Virus record (IMG/VR): IMGVR_UViG_3300028653_000015
Span: 15,116 to 79,115 of that record
Origin: a virus
Lineage: Duplodnaviria > Caudoviricetes
Strand: one strand, 5' to 3'
DNA: 64,000 bases
The notes beneath the pieces are model-generated. The model was not told the origin of the DNA. It saw only the letters and a program-made list of their open reading frames with translations, and made no database searches. The position numbers were made by a program, and so were the translations under genes. This document shows positions 49,901 to 57,755 of the stretch, one piece after another (within the stretch, counting starts at the first letter, position 1; each line of letters opens with the position of its first letter).

Positions 49901-51282
49901 ATGTTCGAGATAGTCAGTTCCTTCTTCCGTATAGTCCATGACATCAAATTACGACTGCGCGGAATAGGGGTAGCTAGCTTCAACTCCGTAGAAGCCATCA
50001 AAGCCGCTATCTGGGTCTGTCTTTGTGCCCGGAGAAGTGCCCAAGCGATGCCACTGGCCACCACCCCCACAAAAGGAAGTCCTGTAATAGGATCTATCAG
50101 AGTCACTGTGGTTGGTGATACTCGCGACCCTATCTTGTACAGCCCATTGTTTGCTGAACCACCACTGAGGCTGATCAAACTGCCCACATCATCAGCTGTG
50201 AATGCTGCAGAGGCACTGCTCAACCTGTTGAGTGACGGAGTGGCTATGGCTCCATCCGTGCCATATGCCATCTCATTGGTCAGCAGGTAGGTGTCTTCGA
50301 CAGGACCGATAGAGAACGCCTGGCTAAGGTTATGATCTAGGTAGGTTATGAACCTAGTGGTTGTAGTTCCTCCCAGGCCATCGTCCTCTACGTAACCATC
50401 ATTACCCATGGCTATGGGAGCACCCAAGTCACCACCAGTCAGTACATCTCTGTGCATTTCAGGATCGAACATCCCTATAATCTGCAGCTGCTCGAGGTCA
50501 TTAAACTGATCAAAGAGTCTAGCAGTCACCCCGCGAGGCACTACCAAGGACCGCTCAGTGATACTCTCTGAAGCTCTCTGGATTAGATCTAAAGTAGTCT
50601 CCTGGTCCAGTCCCTTCTCGAACTTCGATAGATTTGTAGCCCTTACAGCCACATTCAGGTTTGTGATTCCTATGATGGCCTGGGGATCTATGTTGTACTG
50701 GGCCCCTGGGGATTCCGCTGTGACACTGATGTCAAAGTAGTACAGGCTTCCGGTCTGGTTGAAGACCATAGCCTCCGCAGATATGCTCTGGATGGTGGTG
50801 GGCAAGAATCGAAGACCATCAGCTGTATAGCAGACGTTGCCTACAGATACATTGATTGCGATGGGTGCATTGAAGAACAGTCTCACCCTTCCCACAGATA
50901 AGAAGCCCAGATTTCTGGACACGAAGAAGTTGGCCACCAGTGCATCCGCCTCTGTGTCTGCCAGCAAGTCCGGATTAGCTAGAGACTGACCCTGCTTGAT
51001 CAGTTGTACTTCCCGCGAGATGGGGTCTAGCAGCACCTGGTCTGGCTTTACCAGTAGGTCCCGCACCCCGGTTCCCTCCTGGATGCTCATAGTGGGTATC
51101 TCTTGCTTCAGCCGAGCATCAATGAAATCTTCGATGCTCATCTCGAATGGGTCAGGCTGGAAGCGACGTACAATGGGGTCCACCACTTGATCTTGTGCCG
51201 GCGAGCCGTCACTCAGATCTATGGTTGGGTCAAAAGCACGCAGTCTGGCCTGTACAAAGTCTTGCAATGTATCTGTCGACAT
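46906..51282 (-). CDS. Baseplate wedge protein (gpJ/gp6-like) with large insertions
   Basis: N-terminal GTGVRDLLV, AESPGAQYNI, GLDQET..L..R. Adjacent to the gp25-like gene. Confidence 0.7.
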   Translation of the reverse strand: MSTDTLQDFVQARLRAFDPTIDLSDGSPAQDQVVDPIVRRFQPDPFEMSIEDFIDARLKQEIPTMSIQEGTGVRDLLVKPDQVLLDPISREVQLIKQGQSLANPDLLADTEADALVANFFVSRNLGFLSVGRVRLFFNAPIAINVSVGNVCYTADGLRFLPTTIQSISAEAMVFNQTGSLYYFDISVTAESPGAQYNIDPQAIIGITNLNVAVRATNLSKFEKGLDQETTLDLIQRASESITERSLVVPRGVTARLFDQFNDLEQLQIIGMFDPEMHRDVLTGGDLGAPIAMGNDGYVEDDGLGGTTTTRFITYLDHNLSQAFSIGPVEDTYLLTNEMAYGTDGAIATPSLNRLSSASAAFTADDVGSLISLSGGSANNGLYKIGSRVSPTTVTLIDPITGLPFVGVVASGIAWALLRAQRQTQIAALMASTELKLATPIPRSRNLMSWTIRKKELTISNMPGGIVFSADAQAVSIQADQVHIGGCTDFYARGAGTQTLDLTLSAVEDEKPLVTSATGTTNGVGGGASSWYFRDDRVDFVAAGVTTGMSLVTFLGTDARTRRIVRVGIDQTGAPNANYLQVDSQFSNDTIESVQYDIVGNLTIDLIHPKTIRDTGLRGRTLQLGNIFTTVDLVDFVSFGVEVGDTLRILTGPDAGDYTITGISGTNGRNLSLSRSTTTATTELSWQVFKAQTGLQLPMIRIDSVNILDSSGSPTGSSIPRADPVDARSTTFSNAGNGVKLSITDGLLGIVGWPVDLNTLAYPLDPCSIDVEWTSSTGTDSAHVVLDGCANPGAILQAINTATPHLAGTFIGDNEEQYLTLRSSDRWIRITTTAGVSLGLTGGDDSRQIRHASDLSFPWEAPEYDLRPALDVVSITSGLNVGNYYFVVIDDVNHKIMVTGFDETTGTVRFLQPDMGVELSIGSRSTGTARVYFLDPTSFEARGAYRPALKSSSVFPANAAAVGTSIDGGTIAENEPAVTRFTTTINGAELGFIPDPSLRHTLIPEAGNTVIPNNLTITSGPTSGFVTSEVLASILGYDNRSPVIDFVAMGVQVGDLIQITYQPLQGVTDVKALLADTPTALVNYTLILKVDDKKTTITFSVNATTTDVVASEINKAVGVDIAFITNYSDSQYLMLEADVPIVILSTGTANSILGFTPPPGQTTVNNESFFHQSNTQGLYKVISLNANPYDPTRGFQIEIQDMDSNPPLVPTTGYFEQANHFRVLRQGVQRISSTDMSKQVESGLRYVDIELISDGSGDLWNIPEGLVFFVTGHTSDGYRLEVADSNLSYSTQEQLSMILTPSMLEVGETDSPENKIQLAGSNIQIEYEQAGIVADIQSFASSDLDRVLTASILVRHLFPTYINFDMHYVGGSSADVVTADVLSYLDALTPNERVVASVIQDKASRRGASSVTSPITLLAVAYDEYRNISVDRSYNSVSKGKLSTFFEGSINIIQDSSRG

Positions 51283-51933
51283 CTATGGCTCCATATTGAC
51301 GATGGCACGTTTGCCGGACTGAGTATACAACGCTACTCTCACTAGGAGACCTGGCAGGTCTGGGTCATATCTTAGCCCCAGCATCTCTGTGGTCAACAAC
51401 CTCTCATCATCCGGCAACCTGGTTTGCCGAGCTTGGATAGCTAGGACCTGATTCGTGGTCTGTTGAACTGCGATGGCAAAAGAGGCACTGATAGCGGAGC
51501 TCATGCTGGCTGTATATGAGCTCCCAACGTACTGCTGTGCTCCTCCGCCCAAGTTCTTGACGAAGGCATCATATCCAGGTGTGGTCATAAGGATCTTGAG
51601 CCACAGCTGCATCAGTGCTTTTATCCCTGAAACCTTCTTGGGGTTATCCCCTATCTCAAATGAGATCAAACTCCTTAGGGAGGCTGTGAATTCTGAGCTG
51701 ACGGCCACTACATCATTGATCACTTGACCAACGGCACTTGTTGGTATCTGAGCTATAATCTTTGCAGGACCTGCCACTACGAACGAAGGAGTCTTGCTCC
51801 CATTGATCCTAACTTCGATGACACTGGTCAGGTCTGGTCCTGATATCTGAACGGAGGGTGGCATGAAGTCGGGAATGATAGATACTTCTGTCAAATGCAC
51901 AGCATCGTTGAACTGGATGAACTGGATATCCAT
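51283..51933 (-). CDS. Baseplate gp25/gpW-like protein with N-terminal IPT-like domain
   Basis: VSGIKALMQLWLKILMTTPG...GGG...DERL pattern. Confidence 0.6.
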   Translation of the reverse strand: MDIQFIQFNDAVHLTEVSIIPDFMPPSVQISGPDLTSVIEVRINGSKTPSFVVAGPAKIIAQIPTSAVGQVINDVVAVSSEFTASLRSLISFEIGDNPKKVSGIKALMQLWLKILMTTPGYDAFVKNLGGGAQQYVGSSYTASMSSAISASFAIAVQQTTNQVLAIQARQTRLPDDERLLTTEMLGLRYDPDLPGLLVRVALYTQSGKRAIVNMEP

Positions 51934-51935
51934 GT

Positions 51936-52292
51936 CTACCCCTCTTCCGGCGTGTTTACACTGTCATCCGGCTGTACTGCATCTGCATTGTTGGCTACCC
52001 AGGCACTAGCGGGCTTGGCTTTGATGGTGTCAACTGCTGAAGTTAGATCATTTTTGATCTTGGCTATCCTCTGCAGCTTGGTTGACCGCACATTCCCAGT
52101 GTCGGTAGGCGTACCTTCAATTCTACCTATGGCAGCATCCAGCAACTCTTCGTAGGTGATGTTGGCAACCGTCTGGTTGTAGTCACACCCACGAACGAAA
52201 GCATAGGCGTCATTTAAGATCTGACGCATGTTCTGGTTCATGGCAGCATGCGGGTCTTGCTGCTGACCGCTTACGGGTGTGCTGATGGCCAT
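51936..52292 (-). CDS. Hypothetical protein
   Basis: 118 aa, first gene of the baseplate operon. Confidence 0.65.
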   Translation of the reverse strand: MAISTPVSGQQQDPHAAMNQNMRQILNDAYAFVRGCDYNQTVANITYEELLDAAIGRIEGTPTDTGNVRSTKLQRIAKIKNDLTSAVDTIKAKPASAWVANNADAVQPDDSVNTPEEG

Positions 52293-52358
52293 CGACGGTT
52301 ACCTAGTCTACCACTATAGCCTTGTTCTTGGTCTGAGAAAAGAGGTCTGTTTCTAGGC

Positions 52359-52386
52359 GCAAATCAGGTGCCCATACGGGTATAAG
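52359..52386 (+). promoter_or_regulatory. Putative phage promoter GCAAA-N17-TATAAG
   Basis: Motif copy followed by the hairpin AAGAGAA-GCAA-TTCTCTT. Confidence 0.6.
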
Positions 52387-52444
52387 AATAGTAGATCAAG
52401 AGAAGCAATTCTCTTTGTCTAACCCCGAAACAAAGGAGAACCCT

Positions 52445-53320
52445 ATGAAATCTACACTGCTTGCCCTCTCCGTCATCCTGCTTGGATGCGACATAGACCC
52501 CTACGGTATAACCCCAGCCAACACTCAACCAGACACCCAGGCAGTCTCTGCCCCGGATACCAGCCTTCCAAAGACTGATACCCAGTCCTCTTCCATGACT
52601 GTCACCAGCACTGATACGCATACCGTCTCGGAGACGGTCACTACTACCAGTGTCACCACCAAGACTGAAACCACTCCTGATGCTGGAACTCCTGACTCTC
52701 TCCCTCCGCAGATTACTCCTGATGCCCTGGTCCAGGTTGCTCAGCCTGATGCTCTTCCAGTGGCCCAGGACACTCTCCCGGCAGCTCAGGATACCCTTCC
52801 GCAAGTCACTCCAGACACTCTTCCTGCCCAGCAGCCTGATGCTCTGCCGATGACTGTGGATGCCAAACCAGCTACTCCAGACACTATGGTCCTGGTGGAC
52901 ACCAAGCCGGCCACTCCTGATGTTCTTCCCGCGATTGATACAAAGCCGGCGGAAGACAGCAAGCCAGTCACTACTGATACCCTGACTACAGCACCAGATA
53001 CAGTCCCGGCGGGAAAGGCGTGTGGTGGGGATGGTCAGTCGTGTTGTATCACACAGGCTGTAGACAGGGCTGACGCATGGATTCACACTTGTGTGGATTC
53101 AGTCAAGGGCACATTCGATTGCACTATCAACCTGAGCATTGGAACAACACCTGGGCCCAGTGGTACATGCATGACCTGCGGGTACAGAGGGTATCCTGGT
53201 TGTACACACTTGAACCTTGGGATGTTCTCTTGGAAGTGGGGAGACATACCAGGTGCATTTTGTGATCATGACTACAACCAAATCCCAGTGTATTCTGGGG
53301 ATGTGGGTGTCTGTCCATGA
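52445..53320 (+). CDS. Lipoprotein with T/P/D-rich repeats and Cys-rich C-terminal domain
   Basis: AAGGAG RBS. MKSTLLALSVILLG-C lipobox, D(A/T)LP repeats, CGGDGQSCC. Confidence 0.8.
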   Translation: MKSTLLALSVILLGCDIDPYGITPANTQPDTQAVSAPDTSLPKTDTQSSSMTVTSTDTHTVSETVTTTSVTTKTETTPDAGTPDSLPPQITPDALVQVAQPDALPVAQDTLPAAQDTLPQVTPDTLPAQQPDALPMTVDAKPATPDTMVLVDTKPATPDVLPAIDTKPAEDSKPVTTDTLTTAPDTVPAGKACGGDGQSCCITQAVDRADAWIHTCVDSVKGTFDCTINLSIGTTPGPSGTCMTCGYRGYPGCTHLNLGMFSWKWGDIPGAFCDHDYNQIPVYSGDVGVCP

Positions 53321-53334
53321 TCTGAAGTTCTACT

Positions 53335-53361
53335 CCCTCCGCCCATCAGTAGGGCGGAGGG
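53335..53361 (+). terminator. Terminator-like hairpin
   Basis: CCCTCCGCCC-ATCAGTA-GGGCGGAGGG after the lipoprotein stop. Confidence 0.65.
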
Positions 53362-53399
53362 TAGGTCAATCTGATCTCATTTAGCCCCAACTCACCACA

Positions 53400-53427
53400 G
53401 CAAAAGGGGGCAATAGGCTGGTATAAA
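53400..53427 (+). promoter_or_regulatory. Putative phage promoter GCAAA-N17-TATAAA
   Basis: Motif variant followed by the hairpin GCTAGG-GAGTA-CCTAGC. Confidence 0.55.
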
Positions 53428-53459
53428 GATCATATCTAAGCTAGGGAGTACCTAGCCAA

Positions 53460-53486
53460 AATTGCATCACAAATTGTGATGCAATT
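53460..53486. promoter_or_regulatory. Perfect 27-bp palindrome, operator-like
   Basis: AATTGCATCACA-AAT-TGTGATGCAATT lies between the promoter motif and the start codon. Confidence 0.7.
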
Positions 53487-53518
53487 ATCAACCAGGCAGA
53501 ATCAGGAGAAGAGCACTA

Positions 53519-54130
53519 ATGAAGTTTCACATGTATACGGGATTCAACCTAAGCTACCCAGTGTTGGAAATTGATGGTGAAGTATATGGCACCATCCAAA
53601 GTGTGGCGGGAGAACTGGGCGTTTCTGCAGCTGTGATCCGCAATGCAATGCATAGGCACAAAGACCTATTCCCATCAAACAAGTGCGTAACAGATTGTTA
53701 CGCACTTACGTTCCTACAAGAGTTGCCCGAACATGGCAGGGAATTTGGGTTAAAGAACCTAAAGGGAAATGTACGATTGCTACCGAAAAAAGAAATGCGC
53801 CAAGCAGCCAGACTTGTACACTCCAAAAAGGCACGCGAATACCAAGAGAAACTGGACGAAGTTATTGAGGCACACTGGAGTCTGAATACCGTACCCAAAG
53901 AAGTGTTTGAACAGGAGCATGCCCTTCGGATAGAGGCTGAAGAGCAAGCTGCACAAGCGGAAGAAGACAGAGCTGAGATGCGGAGGGAGTTGTGCTCAGT
54001 AAGGGGTGAACTCTCAGATCTACGGAACGAGTTGTATGATGCAGCACCATATCTCAAAGAGACTGCAAGTGCTGCTGGCAAGTTACTCCAAGCCCAAAAG
54101 GGTACCAAGAGCGTAAGAAGCACCAACTGA
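53519..54130 (+). CDS. Putative DNA-binding regulator (ORF6N/Bro-N/antirepressor-like N-terminus plus coiled coil)
   Basis: VLEIDGEVYGTIQSVAGELGVS..VIRNA..RH...F, later SKKAREYQ, then a coiled coil. AGGAG RBS. Confidence 0.65.
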   Translation: MKFHMYTGFNLSYPVLEIDGEVYGTIQSVAGELGVSAAVIRNAMHRHKDLFPSNKCVTDCYALTFLQELPEHGREFGLKNLKGNVRLLPKKEMRQAARLVHSKKAREYQEKLDEVIEAHWSLNTVPKEVFEQEHALRIEAEEQAAQAEEDRAEMRRELCSVRGELSDLRNELYDAAPYLKETASAAGKLLQAQKGTKSVRSTN

Positions 54131-54134
54131 CCAA

Positions 54135-54285
54135 AGAGTTTCGAGCTGATGAGTATTAGAACATCATCCACAGTCCAAAGCCGCGAACTGTCTCTAAGCC
54201 TCTTTAGTCCAAACTCTCCCTTTCGATCTTTGAGAAACTCCTTACTATCAGTATTCCTGATAGTAAGAAATGACAGTCGGTACAA
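54135..54285 (-). pseudogene. Inverted fragment of a paralog of the 53519-54130 gene
   Basis: LTIRNTDSKEFLKDRKGEFGLKRLRDSSRLW aligns by eye with KCVTDCYALTFLQELPEHGREFGLKNLKGNVRLL. An in-frame stop lies just upstream (54289-54291). Confidence 0.65.
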
Positions 54286-54422
54286 AGCTCAATTGGGAGA
54301 GATTCGACGTCTTACGAATCGTAAGACGTTGGAGCCGAGAACTTGAAGCTCGAGGACGAAGAGAACTTAGGAAAGCACTGCAAGAGGGAAGACCGTACAT
54401 TCCTACCGTAAGCGCTAACTGA
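54270..54422 (+). CDS. Possible 50-aa basic protein
   Basis: MTVGTKLNWERFDVLRIVRRWSRELEARGRRELRKALQEGRPYIPTVSAN. Weak RBS. Confidence 0.3.
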   Translation: MTVGTKLNWERFDVLRIVRRWSRELEARGRRELRKALQEGRPYIPTVSAN

Positions 54423-54451
54423 TCTCAATGTCACAAATTGTGACATTGGGG

Positions 54452-54481
54452 AGAAAAGAGGGTAGCTACCCTCTTTTCTTT
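54452..54481. terminator. Bidirectional terminator
   Basis: AGAAAAGAGGGTAG/CTACCCTCTTTTCT perfect inverted repeat between convergent genes. Confidence 0.8.
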
Positions 54482-54488
54482 AGCCAAA

Positions 54489-54530
54489 TGATGCGTTGCA
54501 ATTAGACTGCGTCTAATTGCACTGTGTCAA
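54489..54530 (-). repeat. Second, inverted copy of the 42-bp TTGACA/palindrome element
   Basis: The reverse complement matches 17371-17412 at 40/42 positions. Confidence 0.85.
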
Positions 54531-57454
54531 CCTAGAGATGTCTTGGTGTAGTTTGCAGGAACACTGGGGTCTGAGGCATCAGGTACTGGCGCATTTCCGA
54601 TCAAACTGATATTCTCGTCCTTGTCTCCGTCACTGTAGTCATAGTTGGCATTGGTGGTAGTGGAAGAGGACTGGAGTGAGGTATCATCCATAGTGTTGTT
54701 TGACTTTGAAACCGCCAGATCATTTTGGGCCAGAGACCTCATAGTCTTCAGCATGTTTGCTCCGCTGGCTGCTTCATCTTTGTCATAGCCAAAGAAGCTG
54801 ACCAGGTCTCCATCCATCAGAGTATTGTAGGCTCTATCAAAACCGCGCTCCTGGAGCATCTTGATGGCAGCATCAATCCTGGGGCTGGTACGGGCCACAA
54901 ACTTGGTCAGGGCATCACGAAGCTGTGGAAGTATTTGTAAGTAGCCTGGTCTATGATCTGTAGCTAGAGGCCATGTACCATCCTGCCAAGCAGCATTGAT
55001 CTGACCTTGGGAAGGATTGGTATTCACCAGTAGTGGGTTCATCACCCTATCCAACTCTTGAATATCCTTGCTGTACTTGCTTCCGGCCACTGCTGTTTGC
55101 CAGGCAGTCATGTCCTCTACGAACTGCTTGTAGGCAATGAAGTCAGCACTGATGATGGAGAAGGTCTGCGGGTCAGTAGAAGCTGGAGGTAATTCCTGTC
55201 CCTCTCCTTCCGCCGACATCTCTAGCTGTGTAGGGTTGCCTTTGGGGTCAAGAGTAAATGAGGCTACTGTACAGGTATAGGAGCCAACTACTATTCGATC
55301 TCCTATCTCTACATCCGCCAGAGAGAAGTCCTGTGAAGCTCCAGACTTCTTCACCATGAAGCCAGTAGTTGTTCCTCCGGCTATTCCTACAGATAAGCCT
55401 AGAACACTGTTGGCTGAGGCATCTCTGATGTCTATGGCTGTAGTCAGGTCCGCAGCCTTTGACTCCAGCTCTACTGTTTCCCGAACTACTGACCAGCTTA
55501 TGCCCGGTGCACCGGGCATAAGGTAAGACTCGATAGTGACATCTATATAGATTTGGTCATAGATGCCATAGTTGTAAATGGCATCTATCCTATAGTAGCC
55601 TGCATTGGTCCCGTTCAAAACGTAGAGCATATCTCCGGAATGGCTATCTAGATTAGGTATCAATCCAGCGGGTACTCGGAAGACGTTAGAACCTAGGGCA
55701 GTACCTGTATTGCCACGTGCAAACGTCTGTACAACAGCAATTGCCTTCAACTTGCCTATACTATTGATCTTATCTACTACATCCGCAGCTGTTACATCCA
55801 AGCGCTCATCCGACTGTCCCTCAAAGAACCCTAGAGTTGCATATGCCCGCAGTATTATGTCCTTTTCGGTATACTTGGCTGTCATAGTGATGGACCGTGC
55901 CCCATTGCCATTGTTCACTATATTGATCGTAGTTGGGGTATTGCCAGCACTATATGGGATGCTTATGGCTGCAAACCAGGCATTCAGTTGGGTTGCGATG
56001 TAGAGAGGAGAGCCTGTAGTTAAGGCCGGAGACAGGTTTCCATCAATCTCTATGAGGTTATTGGCATTCACACCAGTGTTCGATGGGTTACCTGTGAATC
56101 CCAGAGGAGTGGTGTAAGGTTCGGTTGCTGGATTGAACTCTCCAACCATAAGGGTGTGTACCCCAGCATTGATGCAGGTGAACTGCACATGACCTGAGCC
56201 ATCATCGGCCACATTCACCAAGGTAGACAGTGGGACACTGCTTGCATTCTGAAGGTTCTGCAGGAATGGGAGGAGGGTAGGCAGGTCATATGTACCAGCT
56301 GGTATAGGGCCTGAGAACGGAACACTATCCACAGCCACTTCGAACACACAACCTGGGACATCTGGAATGGTGAATGGAGCCACTCCTCCGCCAATCAAGG
56401 TAGCTGCAGTAGCATCATGTAGGTCATAGGTTGTTGCTGTTCCCATACTCTCCACACTAGGCTGAGTAGGTACTGGGATGGTGTAGGTTGTGGGAGCATT
56501 CCCATCTTCAGCTATCACCAACTGATCGTTTATGCCGGTTGTAATAGCCCAAGGTGCTGACCTAGAGCACATAACAGCTGCTGGGCCCAGAGTACCTGAG
56601 GGGCCTGGTGGAACCAGGTATCCGGCCACAGCAGGTGTTGTATTTGTGGCTACAGCCGACTGCATTCGTGGGGCCAGTGGGTCCCTCGTCGCAGACAGAT
56701 TATTGACTACAGCTTGACCTGCAGTGATACGGAGATAGGCATCCTTTGTCAGGGCTATCTTCTGGTTCTGGGTAGTGGTTGGGTCCTCAAAGGACTTCTG
56801 AAGACTGATCAAATCTGCTCGTGCTTGAATGAGTGATTCCTGAAGGGCTATGGCCTGTAGATTCAAGCTCTTGAATTGCCCTCCGCCGGCTAGAGGAAGG
56901 ATAGTCATCAGCTGTGCAGCCCAGGCCAGTATGTCAGTGTACATGGGTGCCAGGCTAGCTAGGTCTGACTTGGCGGCTACCTGGGCAGCCTGTGGTGGTC
57001 TTACTATGGCTCCGTTCTTCCTGATATTCGGTGCCAGTGTGGCTTTGACGAAGTTGTCTACAGCCTTGTTGTACTGCCCTAGGGGCTTTGCACTTACTGC
57101 TGCATTCTGGGTCAAGATGTTGTTAGTTGTCAGTAGTGCGGCAGCTGCATTTCCAAGCTGTCCTGTGTTGGTGATGGGGGTAGACGTGTTGGACATCTCC
57201 TGAATGGCTTTGTCGATGTCTTGAACCAGGTCTATTGCCTGCCGGACTTCTGCACACAGTTTGTTGGTAGCCAGATAGATGAGATAATAGATCGAATTGG
57301 GGTCTAAGATCAGAGTAGCTGAGAAGAGCTGGAGTGTCTCTTCATACTTGGCCGACACGTCTGTAGGCCCAAGTGCATCCTTTGTAACCGTGATGCTGCT
57401 CTTGATGAACTTAGAGACGGCAGCTGATATCTCATCCTGAGTGTAGTTAGCCAT
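54527..57454 (-). CDS. Large virion structural protein
   Basis: 975 aa with helical termini and a beta-rich middle resembling segments of the baseplate proteins. Confidence 0.75.
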   Translation of the reverse strand: MANYTQDEISAAVSKFIKSSITVTKDALGPTDVSAKYEETLQLFSATLILDPNSIYYLIYLATNKLCAEVRQAIDLVQDIDKAIQEMSNTSTPITNTGQLGNAAAALLTTNNILTQNAAVSAKPLGQYNKAVDNFVKATLAPNIRKNGAIVRPPQAAQVAAKSDLASLAPMYTDILAWAAQLMTILPLAGGGQFKSLNLQAIALQESLIQARADLISLQKSFEDPTTTQNQKIALTKDAYLRITAGQAVVNNLSATRDPLAPRMQSAVATNTTPAVAGYLVPPGPSGTLGPAAVMCSRSAPWAITTGINDQLVIAEDGNAPTTYTIPVPTQPSVESMGTATTYDLHDATAATLIGGGVAPFTIPDVPGCVFEVAVDSVPFSGPIPAGTYDLPTLLPFLQNLQNASSVPLSTLVNVADDGSGHVQFTCINAGVHTLMVGEFNPATEPYTTPLGFTGNPSNTGVNANNLIEIDGNLSPALTTGSPLYIATQLNAWFAAISIPYSAGNTPTTINIVNNGNGARSITMTAKYTEKDIILRAYATLGFFEGQSDERLDVTAADVVDKINSIGKLKAIAVVQTFARGNTGTALGSNVFRVPAGLIPNLDSHSGDMLYVLNGTNAGYYRIDAIYNYGIYDQIYIDVTIESYLMPGAPGISWSVVRETVELESKAADLTTAIDIRDASANSVLGLSVGIAGGTTTGFMVKKSGASQDFSLADVEIGDRIVVGSYTCTVASFTLDPKGNPTQLEMSAEGEGQELPPASTDPQTFSIISADFIAYKQFVEDMTAWQTAVAGSKYSKDIQELDRVMNPLLVNTNPSQGQINAAWQDGTWPLATDHRPGYLQILPQLRDALTKFVARTSPRIDAAIKMLQERGFDRAYNTLMDGDLVSFFGYDKDEAASGANMLKTMRSLAQNDLAVSKSNNTMDDTSLQSSSTTTNANYDYSDGDKDENISLIGNAPVPDASDPSVPANYTKTSLG

Positions 57455-57746
57455 AGGGGTCTACCATGTCATACTTGTGCACATCCGTCTTCTTCAGTTT
57501 CAAGGTGTTCTGTCGAAACTGAGTGGGATTCTGATTCAAGAAGTAGCAGAGATTCAGGAAGGAGTTGAGGTTCTCTGTATCGTCTGCGAACATCCAACGA
57601 TAAGCCTCATCACCCCACCTACGGAACTTCAGTCTTCTATCATTCTTGTACAGCGCGATATCGTAGGCAGCTCTTCTTAGGACAGCTGCCCACAGAAGCA
57701 TCTCCGAATGGCCGTCTGGATTGATTGGTCGGATGCTGAGTATCAT
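57447..57746 (-). CDS. Hypothetical protein
   Basis: LWAAVLRRA..D...A.RWMF...SF..LC..L. Packed in the operon. Confidence 0.7.
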   Translation of the reverse strand: MILSIRPINPDGHSEMLLWAAVLRRAAYDIALYKNDRRLKFRRWGDEAYRWMFADDTENLNSFLNLCYFLNQNPTQFRQNTLKLKKTDVHKYDMVDPYG

Positions 57747-57755
57747 TACAACCTT

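Noticed and set aside
53698-54285. Full 195-aa antisense ORF as a real gene
   Set aside because: Only its first ~50 codons resemble a protein. The rest is the antisense shadow of 53519-54130.
53460-54521. Palindromes as CRP sites or CRISPR repeats
   Set aside because: The order and spacing are TCACA-N3-TGTGA rather than TGTGA-N6-TCACA. The copies differ in sequence and are irregularly spaced.
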